Part shown: positions 1 to 12,725 of the stretch, one piece after another | Numbering within the stretch: position 1 is the first letter of the stretch | How the letters are laid out: each line of letters opens with the position of its first letter | Origin: Isurus oxyrinchus | Lineage: Eukaryota | Assembly: GCA_026770705.1 (NCBI GenBank) | Contig: JANJGN010000152.1 | Span: forward strand, 62,001-126,000 | Direction: 5' to 3' | DNA: 64,000 nucleotides | Notes under the pieces: model-generated | The model's database searches: none | What the model was told of the DNA's origin: nothing | Seen by the model: only the letters and a program-made list of their open reading frames with translations | Program-made: the position numbers and the translations under genes

Positions 1-105
1 GAAATAATACTTCAGTGTAAATATAGCAGGATTGTAAAAGCGAGCACTGAACCCGGCAGACTCAATTAGTGCTGAGGGGTTTTTGTATTCTTAGTAACTG
101 CTGTG

Positions 106-118
106 CCACCCAGTATAT
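106..118 (-). other. IGHD: IgH diversity segment D2 (ATATACTGGGTGG) with 12/12 RSS
   Basis: Left side: nonamer GGTTTTTGT 78-86, 12-bp spacer, heptamer TGCTGTG 99-105. Right side: CACAGCG 119-125, 12-bp spacer, TGAAATACT 138-146. A 12/12 D2 is the known shark IgM cluster layout. Confidence 0.9.
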
Positions 119-494
119 CACAGCGAGACACATCATGTGAAATACTGCGGCAGACTGTTCACTGTAAATGCAGAGATTTAATTTCACTGCGCTCACAAAA
201 ACCTGATTCCGACACGCCTAAGAGTGAATCAGTGAGATATTTCAGCTTGTGCTGGTCATTATATTTATAAATATGATTGGAGTTCTTTAAAAGCCTCTGT
301 GAAGATTTATCGTGTCCGTAAACACAAACAAAGCAGAAGACTTTTATATATTTTTGCAAGCCAATATTACTTATACCCATTATTTTATTTAGCTCCTATT
401 TTCTTTGACTTTTCCTGTTGTGATCGTGATCACCAATTTGAACAAACTCCTTCTGAGGTTTTTGTATGAGGATGTCGCTATCCACAGCACTGTG

Positions 495-511
495 ACCCAC
501 TGCTGTAGTAT
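495..511 (-). other. IGHD: IgH diversity segment D1 (ATACTACAGCAGTGGGT) with 12/22 RSS
   Basis: Left side: GGTTTTTGT 457-465, 22-bp spacer, CACTGTG 488-494. Right side: CACAGTG 512-518, 12-bp spacer, ACAAAAACT 531-539. Open in all three frames (ILQQW, YYSSG, TTAVG). Confidence 0.95.
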
Positions 512-909
512 CACAGTGAAATACACCCACACAAAAACTGCACCCACTCTCTGTTCAGTGCTGCCTCTCAATATTCACTTCAAATAGACGTTTACTCCTG
601 ATCTAGTTTAGTATTTATGCAGCAATTTACAAAACTCAATGAACAGTGATCCACTACAAGTATTAGACATATTCAAATGAACATTATATCCAGGTTTGTA
701 ATTGCGGAAACTGTTAACAGTAAATATGAACACAGCCGAAGTTCAGCCCATGATATCGATTGTTTTGTTAGGATTTACTGTTAAATTTGCTGTTTTACTT
801 TGGTCAGAAGCGACTTGTTGTCGGCTTTTGATCATAACAGTTAATATTATATTTAAAACAAGTACTGACCGTCAGGTTATGATGGAAGTTGCTGAGTTTC
901 TCTTGATCT

Positions 910-947
910 GATCTTGGTCGGGTCCAGCCCTGGTTCCTCTCGCTGTG
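910..947 (-). promoter_or_regulatory. VH 22/23-spacer RSS
   Basis: Minus strand reads CACAGCG (947-941), 22-bp spacer, diverged nonamer ACCAAGATC, directly after the YYCARD codons. Confidence 0.8.
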
Positions 948-1426
948 GTCTCTTGCACAGTAATAGATGGCGGTGTCTTCAGTCTTCAGGCTCGTCATGT
1001 CCAAGGAGAAGATGTTCCTTGAAGTGTCTTTGGACGCAGTAAATCGATTTTTAATTGCTGGGGCATAGTTGTTGCTGGATGAACTATAGTAGTAAACCAG
1101 CCACTCCAGCCCCTGTCCGGGAACCTGTCGGACCCAGTACATGGTGTAGCTGCCAAGATCGAAGCCGCTGGTTTTACAGATCATTCTCAGGGAGCCTCCG
1201 GGACGTCCGGTCTCTGCCTCTGGCTGAGTCAACACAACCTCCGACTGGACACCTGTAAAAATATATCAAAAACCCCGAGGATTAATACTGGTGAAATGAT
1301 TCCTGACTCTGTAACATTCCAGAGAGAGATTAACTCTGAGACAGTAATAGTGAGAGACTTGGAGAATGAAAACTACTCACGGGATAAGAAAGTCAGCAAC
1401 AAACTGAGAGAAATCGCCGACCTCAT
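948..1426 (-). CDS. IGHV: IgM-type heavy-chain variable gene segment; leader exon 1426-1381, V exon 1252-948; intact
   Basis: Leader [15 protein letters not shown] with GT donor at 1380, AG acceptor at 1254-1253. V exon reads [62 protein letters not shown] with canonical Cys/Trp/Cys and no stops. Confidence 0.96.
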
Positions 1427-1515
1427 CCTTCTGGCAATTTGGGGAAAATGGTTCTGTCCAGAACTCAGTGAACAAACCAGCTCCCGGACTGTTGGATTCC
1501 GGCCCCAGTGAGCGA

Positions 1516-1600
1516 TATTTAAATACCCGGCAGAAGGGGGCGGGTTTCCAGGCGCCGCCTGTTGATTCCCTGGTGGAGGCGGCGACTGGATCCACGCCCC
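1516..1600 (-). promoter_or_regulatory. VH promoter: TATA-like box and GC boxes, no Ig octamer seen
   Basis: TATTTAAATA at 1516-1525, about 90 bp upstream of the ATG, with GGGGCGGG next to it. Confidence 0.55.
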
Positions 1601-3334
1601 ACCTTCCATATCCCCAACAGAATGGACTCAGATATTTACAATAGGTTATTGTTAAAAGTGGATATCGGGATATTTGGCTGAATGGATTTATTGGAATGCA
1701 TCCATTGGTTCCAATGGTGAAATTCCAGTTGAACATCTGTTAATAAAAAAAACTAATTCCATTGATAATTAAGTCAATTTATTTCTACACTACCTCACAA
1801 GGGATGGAACCTAAAAAAATAAATTATATTATCAGGGAATAAAGGGAATGTCAGTCTGTTTTGCAGCAACTCCGGGTCTCTATCTCATTACCACAATAAA
1901 GTGTCATCAGTCATAGGAATTATTATTGATTTGTGTAACTAAATGCGGGGGATGAACAAGGTGATTCTATTTACAGCCAGGGTGGCTATCGCTGTACAAT
2001 TTGGGTCCGGAGATAAGAAGAATCTCCTCACATTATACAATGTCTCTCCTCGCATTTCTCTAACTGCCCCTGACCCTAAGACAGCCCTGTGAAAATTACC
2101 AGCAAAAAAAGCCCACCTGCCTGATAATTAAACAGTGAGTTTACAGAGAAACGTAAAATTTACATCAATTTTTGACGGAGAAGTTAATGAATCAGAACGG
2201 ACACGGAGATCAGCAAAGTTATCCTTCAGAATTCAAATCATTGCAGCTAATTTTATTGGCCTCCCGCTGTCTACCATTCACTGGTATTGGGAACACAGGA
2301 TACCAGCACTTTGCGGCATATTACACAACATCACAAGAATAAATGTTTTATCTTCCACTGAAGCGGGTCATGAACTGGTTATTTCTCCACTCATTGGCAG
2401 CTATGAGAGGGACTGTTAAATAATCGAAATCAGCACAAATTAAACTATACAGTACAGGGTGCTAATCGGGTATAAGTGATCCCTCAGGTTAATTAAGGTG
2501 CACAACTCGGGGAATATTCAAGGAATTCCTGCGGGTTCAAGACAATTCTATGATTTTCTTTTAATTTAATTTCTTTTTTTTTTGCCATTCTACTCAAATC
2601 ATTAGACTGGGGGATTGGGACCATCAACATCGCTCTCTCGCACTTCATGAAGTTCTTAATAAACAGGCTTTAATAACTGGAATGTCCTTTACTTAGCAAT
2701 AGTATAAATTAAATAGTATACCGCCAATTTCCTGATCGTGTTTAACCTCAGTGAACACGGCATTCATTAAAATATTTCCTTAGATGAAATGCCATTTAAA
2801 ATGTGTCCTTCGTGTGCGACTGAAACATTTATTGTTTGAATGGCTAAATCCCATTTTGTTCATTCATATCCAGGCTAATCTGCCCCACACAGTATTTGGC
2901 AGCAAGCCAGCCGGCTGCAGTCAGGGACGCTCGAATGTCCCATGTTGTTTACAGGAAGCATCTGTGGGTTTGTGGAGTAAATGAAAGATCTGTTTCCTCA
3001 GTACTGACCGTTTGGCTGCAAGCCAACTTCAAACTCTTAACTCTTGACTCTTGGCAACAAGGCTTATTTATAACAAATCTACCCAGCAACGACACTGGAG
3101 TCAGCTTTATTATTTTAAATTGTGAACTTATGTGGACTGTGCCCAGCTCTCAGGAAAGAAAAGTTATCCAGCTTCTCTGACACCCTCTCATCATCACTGG
3201 CTCATTGGAGGATCTCTCCAACACACCATAATATTGTGATGAATGGATGGATGGAAAGAATTACAGGCAGATTATCAGAGAGGTCTCAGAGAGAGGGTAC
3301 ATTTTGTTACAGTCAAACATATAAATCGGTGTGA

Positions 3335-3735
3335 TTTTTTTTGCCCCTTTACTTTTTCACGGGATGTGGGAGTCACTGGCAAGGCCAGCATTTGTTGCTT
3401 CTCCCTAATTGCCTTTGAACTGAGTGCCTTGCTGGGCCATTTCAGAGGGCAGGTAGAGTCCACCATATTTCTATGGATCTGGAGTCACATGTAGGCCTGA
3501 CTAGGTCCAGTGACAGATTTCCTTTCCAAAAGGACATTAGTGAACAAGATGAGTTTTTTTCCACAATCGTTGATAGCTTCATGGTTCCCCTCACTGAGAC
3601 CAGTTTTCAATCCCAGGTTTATTATTGAATTTAAATTCCACTCGCTGCCATGGCGGGATTTGAATTTGTGTCCCCAGGAGAATAGCTTGGGTCTCTGGAT
3701 TACTCGTCCAGTGACATGAATACAACACTGCCGTC
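3335..3735 (-). mobile_element. SINE-type interspersed repeat (related copies ~7220-7450 plus, ~7460-7710 minus, ~57780-58170 plus)
   Basis: Shared blocks recur between copies (e.g. gatttcctt(c)cc(t)aaa..cat..gtgaac; tctctgg(a/g)ttact), with a B-box-like head. Confidence 0.6.
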
Positions 3736-4519
3736 TGCCAAAGAATGGAGGGATGTTGCAGTGATGCGGGAATGAATGATGGTTGGATGCCTGAACATTT
3801 TTATGAAAGGAACAGTGAATGAATTGATCGATGTATCGAAAGGCGCATCTGGACATACTGTTTTACCTTCTCATCTTGGTGCTTGACTACTCCATACCTT
3901 GAAGCAGGTCCAGCTTTTCATTTGTGTCAATCTAATACCTTCAGTCCCTCCGGATTTTCTGGATGTATTCCATCCCCAGGGTATCGAGCTGAACGTCACC
4001 AAGAAGGCTGGAGATGTCCCTGTGGTACTGATGATTCTTCCCTGCTGATGGGGAATCATTATCTTTAAGACAGAAAGTGGGTACATAATTCGGTTTAGGA
4101 TGGAGGATTGTAATATTTGGAACATGTGGTCCTTTCATGTAAAACAAAGCATTCAACATATCCTCACCCAAATTAGGGAGGGTAACGGGCATTACTCACT
4201 GGAGAGCCGCATTAACTTACAGTCAGGTCCAGGTAGTTTTATTTATACCATTACTTTACAAATCCTCACACACTCCAGTTACATTTCAGGAGTTTCTGTG
4301 TGATGATGAGGAGATTACTTAAAGCGCAGAGGTTGCTGGGTAGCTGCTCATTATCCTCGGTCTGATTTAATTCCATTTCCCACTGAATTCTGGGACAGAT
4401 GTGATTCCTCACTGACAGAATGGTCAATGTGATCTCAATAAATGTTAACGATATTAAATGAATCGCAGTTACATTTTGTATGGAATAAAATACTGAAAAT
4501 GCTTGGTTCATGCAATTGT

Positions 4520-4765
4520 TAATATTTGTGAATGGATGATTATTGCTGAATATAATTATTTGTCTTGTGAATTGATGGTAATTGGTGAATATAATTTATC
4601 TTTGTGGATTGATGATAGTTGGTGAATATTATTATTTATCTTTGTGAATGGATGCCAATTGGTGAATATACTTATTTATCTTTGTGAATTGATGATTATT
4701 CTTGAAGATAATTATTTACCTTTGTGAGCTGATAATAATTGGTGTTGATAATTATTTATCTTTCT
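4520..4765. repeat. AT-rich minisatellite, ~40-bp unit, ~6 copies
   Basis: Repeats of TTTGTGAAT(G/T)GATGATAATTGGTGAATATAATTATTTATC. Confidence 0.85.
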
Positions 4766-6250
4766 CAGCCTTTACGACCTTCTTCTACTCTGCTGAAAGA
4801 TAAGATCCGTTCCACAGGAGGTGAATGATGCAAAAATCACCACACTATCTGAAAACAAAGCCGACAGGTGAGACTTCAACAACTACAGGGACATCTCATT
4901 CATAGAGTAACGGGGAAGGCCTTTGCTCAGGTCATGCTTTAAAGACTTCATCTGGTTGCAGGCTGAAGCACAATTTGATGTTTTTAACTGAAGCTATACT
5001 CTGGACATGATTTGCTCCACACGCTGGACACCATCAGCAGAATAGGACTCTACAAGGCATTTGGGAAAACTGGCTGTTCACCAAAGCGCCTCAGTCTCAT
5101 TCACTCGTTGCATGAAAACATGCCCTGCACTGTACAGATTGATGATTCCACATCCGACAGATTCGGAGTGAAGACTGGAGTGAAAAATACCAGTGTCCAA
5201 TCCCCGCTCTGTTGGGCACCTTCTACATGCTGCTGATCTTTGTCTTCCCTGTAAATATGGAAGGAGTCGACTTACACACTTGATCAGACCACAAGCTCCA
5301 CAATCTATAAGTCGAAAGTGAAGTCATAAACACATTGAATCTTGATCAGAGAACTCCTCCACGCTGATAACTGTGTCATCAAAACGGAAACTCATCCACA
5401 AAGACTGTTGAGCTGACTCTCCCATGCCTGTAACTTGTTCTCCCTGACTATAAGCATGGAGAAAACCGTGGTCATGGGATAAGGTATTGTATTTCCGTCA
5501 TTGATCACACTAGATAAAAATCCGATGGAAGTAAATTCTGCTGCCTGGGTTCCAAGGTGACAGGCAGCCTGTTCCTTGCTGCAGAACTTGATACCCATAT
5601 GGGGAAAGCAGCTGCCACCTTTGGCTGACTCGTGAAACACCCCTGGAATAACATCAAACTGGCCCTTAGGACCAAGCTGATGGTTTATAAGGCCTGCGTT
5701 CTCAGCACCTTTCTCTATGGCTGTGAAACATAAATGAATTACAGTTATCAAGAAAAGAAGCCCCACAATTTCCACCTTCACTGCCTGCTGCGCAGCTTGG
5801 GTATGTACTGGCAGGATAAAGTCACAAATGCAGTGGTACTGTCAAAGGCAGAGCTCCCAAAACTGCAGAACTCATCAAACAGAAGCGGTTTTTGTGTCTT
5901 GGGAACGTTCACAGGATGGAAGATGGTCACATACACAAGGACTTTCTGTATGGTGAGGGAGCCGGACGCAGACAACCAGTGGGACGCCCAAAGCTCCGCT
6001 TCAAGGATGCTAGAAGTGAAGGCCCTAAATATTGATTATCACAACTGAGTGTCCCTAACTGACGAGTGAGGAAAATGGTGACACCTCCTGTGGTTTGGCG
6101 TGAACCACCACGTTGACCAGTGGCTACAGTGGCTTGGTAATCCAGGCTAACACCGGGGAAAAAAAGAAGCCACAACGACATTTTCTAGGTTCATGTGCAG
6201 CACTTGTGGCAGATACTGCCTCACAACAATTGGCCTCCTTAGCAATCAGC
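4766..6250 (+). mobile_element. Degenerate RTE-clade LINE, reverse transcriptase region
   Basis: Broken frames give DTISRIGLYKAFGKTGCSPKRLSLIHSLHENM, FGVKTGVK and FHLHCLLRSLGMYWQDKVTNAVVL, typical of RTE RT and its C-terminus. Confidence 0.75.
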
Positions 6251-7965
6251 ACATCGGAAATGGCTTTGTTTCCATTGTGTGTCTGTGACCTTTCATAGAT
6301 GTAAGGTTGTCCAGGATCTTCGTGAAATTCAGTTGCAAACAATGTGATTTGCTTATCCCTCTCTTTCGCTCCCTCCCAATCTCCTTCACACACACACACA
6401 CAGAAACACACACACACAAACACAGACCAAGATGGCATCTTGTGCTTCAACTTAAGATCGCACTTTGACTTCCTGGGAGGCTCCATAGCCTTTAACTATT
6501 GAAGAAAATGACCCTAACTGTCTTTCAGGTGGTATCATGAACCAATAAACTCTTCCCAACACTATGTTCGTTGAGGTGGATATTAATGCTCCAATGGTCT
6601 CTATACAGCTCCCTGGTCAACATCCCTCCCTTTGATCAAGATGAACAAAGTTACATCACCAGGAATTGGGCCGCTTTACTCTGGTGCTGACTTTCCCGTG
6701 CGCTAATCAGCCACGTCCACCTGCAATTAGTTGAATTTTGTTAAATTTTGACACCACCTCCCACAGAAGGCGATGTGGTGTGACACCTGGGGAAGTGGAT
6801 TCTTGATACAATAATGTCAAAGACTTAACCTGACAGCAACATTTTCACAGTAGCTGCAATTGCAAAGTTTGGCCAGCAGATGGATGTGAAATCTTGATGG
6901 ACACATTCTATGAAGCAGGCATTCTCTCAATTAACACTGCATTGGACCCACTCTCTGTCTATTTAAATTGAACTCCATCTATTTTTGTGTTAGACCAAAC
7001 ACTGTCCCTCTTTATGTTTCAAAGTACCCTGTTTCAATTAATACTGCAACAATCAACACCAATATTTATATCACACAGTCTGGAGGTTCCCAATTCAAAC
7101 CGGATCGGATTTACCTCTGCAGTCCTGTCACATCCAGTTGTAAATGGTGGTGGACAAGTAAACAAGTAACTGGAGAATGGGGCTCCACAAAGCTGTGGGT
7201 CTGGAGTTATATGTATGGGAGGTGGTGATGTGCTGCTATTCTCACTGGGCTAGTAAATCGCTGGGGGTCTGGGTTTGAATCCCACCATGCCAGATGGTGA
7301 AATTTGAATTGAAAAATCTAATGGTGACTATGAAAGCATTGTCGTAAAAACCCATCCTAACAAGCCACACTGTTCTTAAGGGGGCAGTTAGGGATGGGCA
7401 ATAAATGCTGGCCTAGCCAGCGCCGCCCCCATTCTCATGAACGAACAAAAAAACAAACGTAGGTCAGACTGGGTCAGGACGGCAGATTTCCTTCCCTAAA
7501 GTGCATCGGTGAACCAGGTGGATGTTTAATATAACCGATTATAGTTTCATGGTCACCATTATTGAGATGAGCTTTCAATTCCAGATTTATTAATTGAATT
7601 TGGATTCCACATGCTGCCATAATGGGATTCAAACCTCTACCCCCAGGGAAAAGGCCTGGATCTCTGGGTTACTGATCCAGTGAAGTTCCCACGGCACGAT
7701 CGTCCCTCCCATATTATACAGGATCCTAGTTCGATTATTAATTCCCTGGGAACTAATTTATTTCTATTGTGCTGGGTCAGGCCTCTGTTTGTATGAAAAT
7801 AGACCCTATCTCATTAATGTTCCACTGGAAGCCATCTCAGTTTGTATTGCACTGGATTCTTTCTCTGTTTATATTACACTAGGCCCTGTCTCTGTTTATG
7901 TTATATTAAATCTTGACTATGTCTACATTATAGTGGTCATTGTAACTATGACACTAGGCTATGTT

Positions 7966-8100
7966 TCTGAAGAAGAATCATATGGACTCGAAACATTTAA
8001 CTCTGTTTCTCTCTCCACAGATGCTGTCCAACCTGCTGAGTTTGTCCAGCATTTTCTGTCTTAATTTCAGATTTCCAGCATTTGCAGAATTTTGCTTTTA
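7966..8100 (+). mobile_element. Penelope-like terminal-repeat fragment with hammerhead-type core (related copies ~13845-13935, 33305-33405, 43378-43475, 45412-45504, 56015-56400)
   Basis: CTGAAGA..GGACTCGAAAC followed by ctctccacagatgctg..ctgctgagttt..ccagcattttctg; the same sequence in reverse flanks the GIY-YIG element at 25393. Confidence 0.6.
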
Positions 8101-8179
8101 TCTATGCCTCTGTTTAAATTAGAGCTGCATTACTCCATGTTTCTGTGAGATGGAGAGATAATATTATAATAACTACATT

Positions 8180-10750
8180 AGGCTAGGAATCGGTATCTGA
8201 AAGGACAGTATCGGATCGGCCGTATATGCTACGCAGCACTTGATATTCATTTTCAGTGCAGTCAGCAGAAACTGGCCAAAGGCCAGTTTCCCATCTATGG
8301 AGTGGTATGTGTAGGAGGGTGCAGGGCATTGTGTTCCCATGTGCTTGTTGCCCTTAGTATTCTGGGAGGTGGAGGTCACAGGTATGGAAGGTGTTGTTGA
8401 AGAGGCCTTGGCGAGTTGCTGCTTTGAATACTGCAGCCACTGTGTGTTGGTGGTGAAAAGAGTGAATGTTTAATTCCTGGATGAGGAGCCTATCAAGGGG
8501 TTGATTTCCCCTGGTTGGTGTGGAAGTTCTTGAGAGTTGCTGCAGTTACATTTGTCAAGGAAAGTAAACAATTTCTAACAGGCATTTGACTTCCAGATTT
8601 GCAGATAGTGGAAAGGCTTTGTGGAATCTGGAGGTGAGTTATTCGCCACATGATTCCCAGCCTCTGACCTACTCTTGTAGCCATAGTATTTATATGGCTG
8701 ATCCAGTTCAGTTTCTGTTCAATGCCACCTGCACAACGTTGATTGTGGGTTTCAGTGATGGTAATGTCTTTTGAACGTCAAGGGGAGATATTTGGTTCCT
8801 TATTGTTGGAGTTGGTCATTGCCTGGCACTTGAGTGCTGCTTATATCACTTGCAACTTATCAGCTCAAACTTGTCCAGTTCGAGATGCAATAAGTAAGGA
8901 CGGTTTCATCATCTGAGAGGTCATAAATGGAACTGAACACTGTGCAAATATGAGTGAACATCCCCACTCCTGACCCAGCGATGAAAGGAGGGTCATTGAT
9001 CAAGCTGCTGAAGATGGTTGGACCAAGGACACTTCTCTGAGAGACTCCTGGAATGATGTCCTGGTGCCGAGATGATTGGTCTTCAACGACACAACATCTT
9101 CATATTTGCTCGGTGTGACTCCAGCCAGTGGAGAGACATGCCCCTGATTCCCATTGACCTGACACTTTCCAAGGCTTCCTGATACCAGACTCAGTTAATA
9201 GTTACTTTGAAATCAAGTACTGAAGCACTCATACATCATGTCTGGAAGTTCGCTCTCTTGTCCATGTTCAGACCAAGTTTACAATGAGCTTTGATGCTGG
9301 CTGATCCTGGTGGATTCAGTCTGAGCTTTGGTGGGTATTTTGGCGACACCTTCAGTCACTTTACTGATGATTGAGAGTAGACTGATTGAGCTGCGAGCGG
9401 GCGGACCTAATCTGTTGTCCATTATGTACATTATTCTATCTTCGCGCTATGGTTCATCAATTTCAGGTATGCCTGGTCTTGCTTCTGACCTGCTGGCCTA
9501 CATTCCTCATTATTCCCAGGCTGGATGTTAGACTCAAAGACTCAGAGACGTTTACAGCACAGATGGAGGCCATTCGGCTCATCGTTACCGCCCCGGTAAA
9601 CAAAGATCTGATTACACTAATCCCATTTTCCCGCACTTGGCTCATAGCCCTGGAGGCTATGGCAGCTTAAGTGAACATTTAAATCCTTCTTAAATGTTAC
9701 TAGAGTTTCTGACTCAACCATCCTTTCGGGCAGTGAGTTCCAAATTCCTACCACCCCCTGGGTGAAAAAGATTCTCCTCAACTCCCCTCTTAGCCTTCTA
9801 CCTCTTATCTAAAATCTCTGCTCTCTGGTTTATGACCCCTGTACTAATGGAAAAGGTGCCTTCCTATCCATTCTGCCTATGCCCCTCAGCACCCCCTCAA
9901 GCATCGTTCTCCAAGGAAAACAGCCCAGCATATCCAATCTTTCCTCATAGTTCAGATGCTCCAGCCCAGATAGCATCTTGGTAAATCTCCTCTGCACTCT
10001 CTCCAATGCAGTCACATACTTCCTAGAAATGTGGTGACCAGAACTGCAGTAGTGCTCCAGTTGTGGCCTAACCAACATTTTATAAAGTTCCAGCATAACC
10101 TGCCTGCTCTTGTGTTTTATGCCTCAGATAATAAAGGCAAGTAACCCATATGCCTTCTTAACCAGCTCATCTACCTGCTCTGCTACCTTCAGGAATCTGT
10201 GGATATGCACACTAATGTTTGAGTGAGGGATATTCTGGTCCATGAGATTACAGGGTGTGATTGAATGCAACTCTCCTGCTGTTAATGACCAACAGTATCT
10301 CGTTGATGCTAAGTTTTGAGCTGCTAGATCTGTTCTGAATGTATCCCGTTTAGCACAGCAGCAGTGCCACACAACACAATGGAGAATGTGCTCAGTGTGA
10401 ATACCGGCTTGGGTTTCCGCAAGGACAGTGCAGGGGTCAATCACATTTATATCAATAGTGTGGTAGGCCGGAGATCAGGTAAGGGTTTCCCTCGTGTTGG
10501 CTCTCTAACCATCTGTGGCAGGTCCATCCTGTCAGATACGTCGTTCAGGACTCATCCAGCTCTGGCATTCTTGGTCTTGTCAAATGGTAAATGATTTAGC
10601 AAATTCACAGCATATTATTTGCCCTTGCTACCCTCAGTGTTTCTTCCATGCAGTGCTAAAGATGATGGAGTACAGATTCATCAGCTGAGGGAGGGCAATA
10701 GGTGGTAATCACCAGGAGGTATCTCCACCCAGATCTTATCTGGTTCTGTG
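8180..10750 (-). mobile_element. Degenerate CR1/L2-type LINE with a nested CR1 3' fragment (~9528-10215)
   Basis: ORF 9830..10096 reads MLELYKMLVRPQLEH..ALERVQRRFTKML, the CR1 RT C-terminus; flanking frames show decayed LINE ORF2. Confidence 0.7.
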
Positions 10751-10779
10751 GGACTTCAATATGGTGTCAATATTGCTAC

Positions 10780-11795
10780 ATTCCAACGTGTTTCTGTTAA
10801 TATTACACTCAGCCTGTCTCATTGTTACTGCTCTAGTCCGTGATTCTGTTTCTGTAACACTGGACTCTGTCTCAGTTATTGCTGCTCTCCACCATATCTC
10901 TGTTCATATTTTAATGGGCCTGTCTCTTTGTTACTGTTCTAGTCCATGCTTCTGTTTCTGTAACATTAGGTCCTGTCTCAGTTATTTGTGTAATTGTCCT
11001 CTGTTTATATTACATTAGCAAATTCCCTTACTTGATTGCACTAGACCCTGAAAATAGGAGTTAAATGGTTTAATTTAAACAGCTGCAAAAAAGAGAGGTC
11101 TGCAGATCATGAACACAAATCTGGGATGCAGGTAGGACAAGTTATAACATCTAAATAGGCCCCCATGTTAATTGTTCCCACCATCTTGCTGCCTTATCTT
11201 CACTATTTCCACCCCAGCCAATTTCCATATTATTGCACGTGTGCAGTGCAGTAATAACAGAGGCAGGGTCTAATGTAATTTAAATACAGATATGATCTAG
11301 CACAGAACTGAGACAGTGGCTACTGAAATACAGAGACAGTTCTAGATTAATATATACAGAGACAGGTCAATTATAATATAAACAGAGACAGGGCCTTGTT
11401 TAATAGAAGCAAAGACAGGATCTAGAGTAATATAAACAGAAACGGCGTCCAGTGTAAAATAAATAGAGACAGGGTCTAGTGTAACATAAACAGAAACAGG
11501 GTCTAGTGTAATATAAACCGGGGCAGGGCCTAGTGCAATATAAACAGAGACAGCGTCTCATGCAATATAAACAGAGGCAGGTCGAATATAATATAAAGAG
11601 ACATGTTGAGTGTCATATAAACAGGGGCAGGGCCTAGTGCAATGTAAACAGAGACATTGTCTAGTGCAATATAAACAGAGACATGTTGGGTGCAACATAA
11701 ACAGGAACAGGGCCTAGTGTAATACAAACAGAGGCAGGGTCGACTGCAATATAAACAGAGACAGGGTCACGGTCGAATGCAATATCAAGACAGGG
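10780..11795. repeat. Diverged 27-bp satellite in both orientations (plus ~10780-11050, minus ~11250-11795)
   Basis: Units such as CTAGTGCAATATAAACAGAGACAGGGT are the reverse complement of the monomer of the large array. Confidence 0.8.
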
Positions 11796-11796
11796 T

Positions 11797-12725
11797 CTAC
11801 TGTCCCATCAAACACTCCCAGGACAGATGCAGCATGGGGCTAGTCACAGAAATTAAAGCTACCTCTACATTGTCACATTGAACACTCCCAGGGCAGGTAC
11901 AGCACGGGTTGGACACGGTCTAGTGTAATGCATAGACAAGGCCCACGGCTCCATCAAACAGCCCCAGGGCAGATGTAGCATGGGGCTACATTAATAATGT
12001 AAAGTTCCCTCTGCATTGCCACATGAAAATCTCCCAATGCAGGTATAGCATGGGTTAGATTCAGAGTGAATCTCCCTCGACACTGTCGCCATCAAACATT
12101 CCAGGACAGGTGCAGCACAGTTCAGAAACAGGGTAAAACTTCCTCTACATTGTCCGCTCAAACACAGTTGAGGCATGTAGGGTAAGGGTTCTATGTAGTG
12201 TAAGGTTTCCTCTGCACTCTTCATCAGACATTTCCCAGGAAGCTCGACACTGGGGGCAGGTAAAGAGGAAAGCTGCCTCTGCGTCATCACATCAAGTATT
12301 TCCAGGGCTTAGATAGGGGCAAATCCCCCTCTACAGTGTCTACAGCCATGTCAAATATAGCGTGGTTTAGATGCAGAGTAAAGCTCCCTCTAAACTACCC
12401 TATCAATTACTCCCAGGCCAGGTATAGCACAGTTTAGATACAGAATAAATCTCCCTCTACACAGTCGTATCAAACACTCCCAGGGCAGTCACAGTGCAGG
12501 TTAGGTGCAAAGTAAAACTCCCTCTACACTCCATCAGACACTCCAAAGGCAGGAACAGCATGGGTTAGATACAGGGAAAGATCCTTCGGCACGGCCACAT
12601 CAAATCTACGCTACTGGCTGCAACACAGGTTAGATACAGAGTAGTTTCATCTGCAGTTTCCCACCAAGCACTCTCAAGTCAGTGAATGCTCAAAACAGAT
12701 TTAGAATAAAGTTCTCTCTACGGAT
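11797..12725. repeat. ~67-bp minisatellite
   Basis: Repeats of CTACACTGTCCCATCAAACACTCCCAGGACAGGTACAGCATGGGTTAGATACAGAGTAAAGCTCCCT, about 13 diverged copies. Confidence 0.85.

Noticed and set aside
804-947. C-terminal extension of the 143-aa VH ORF
   Set aside because: Read-through into the RSS and V-D spacer, removed by recombination.
11797-12725. Regularly spaced repeats suggesting a CRISPR array (also 44806-45150 and 53356-53560)
   Set aside because: Vertebrate DNA; the units are contiguous tandem copies with no unique spacers and no cas genes.
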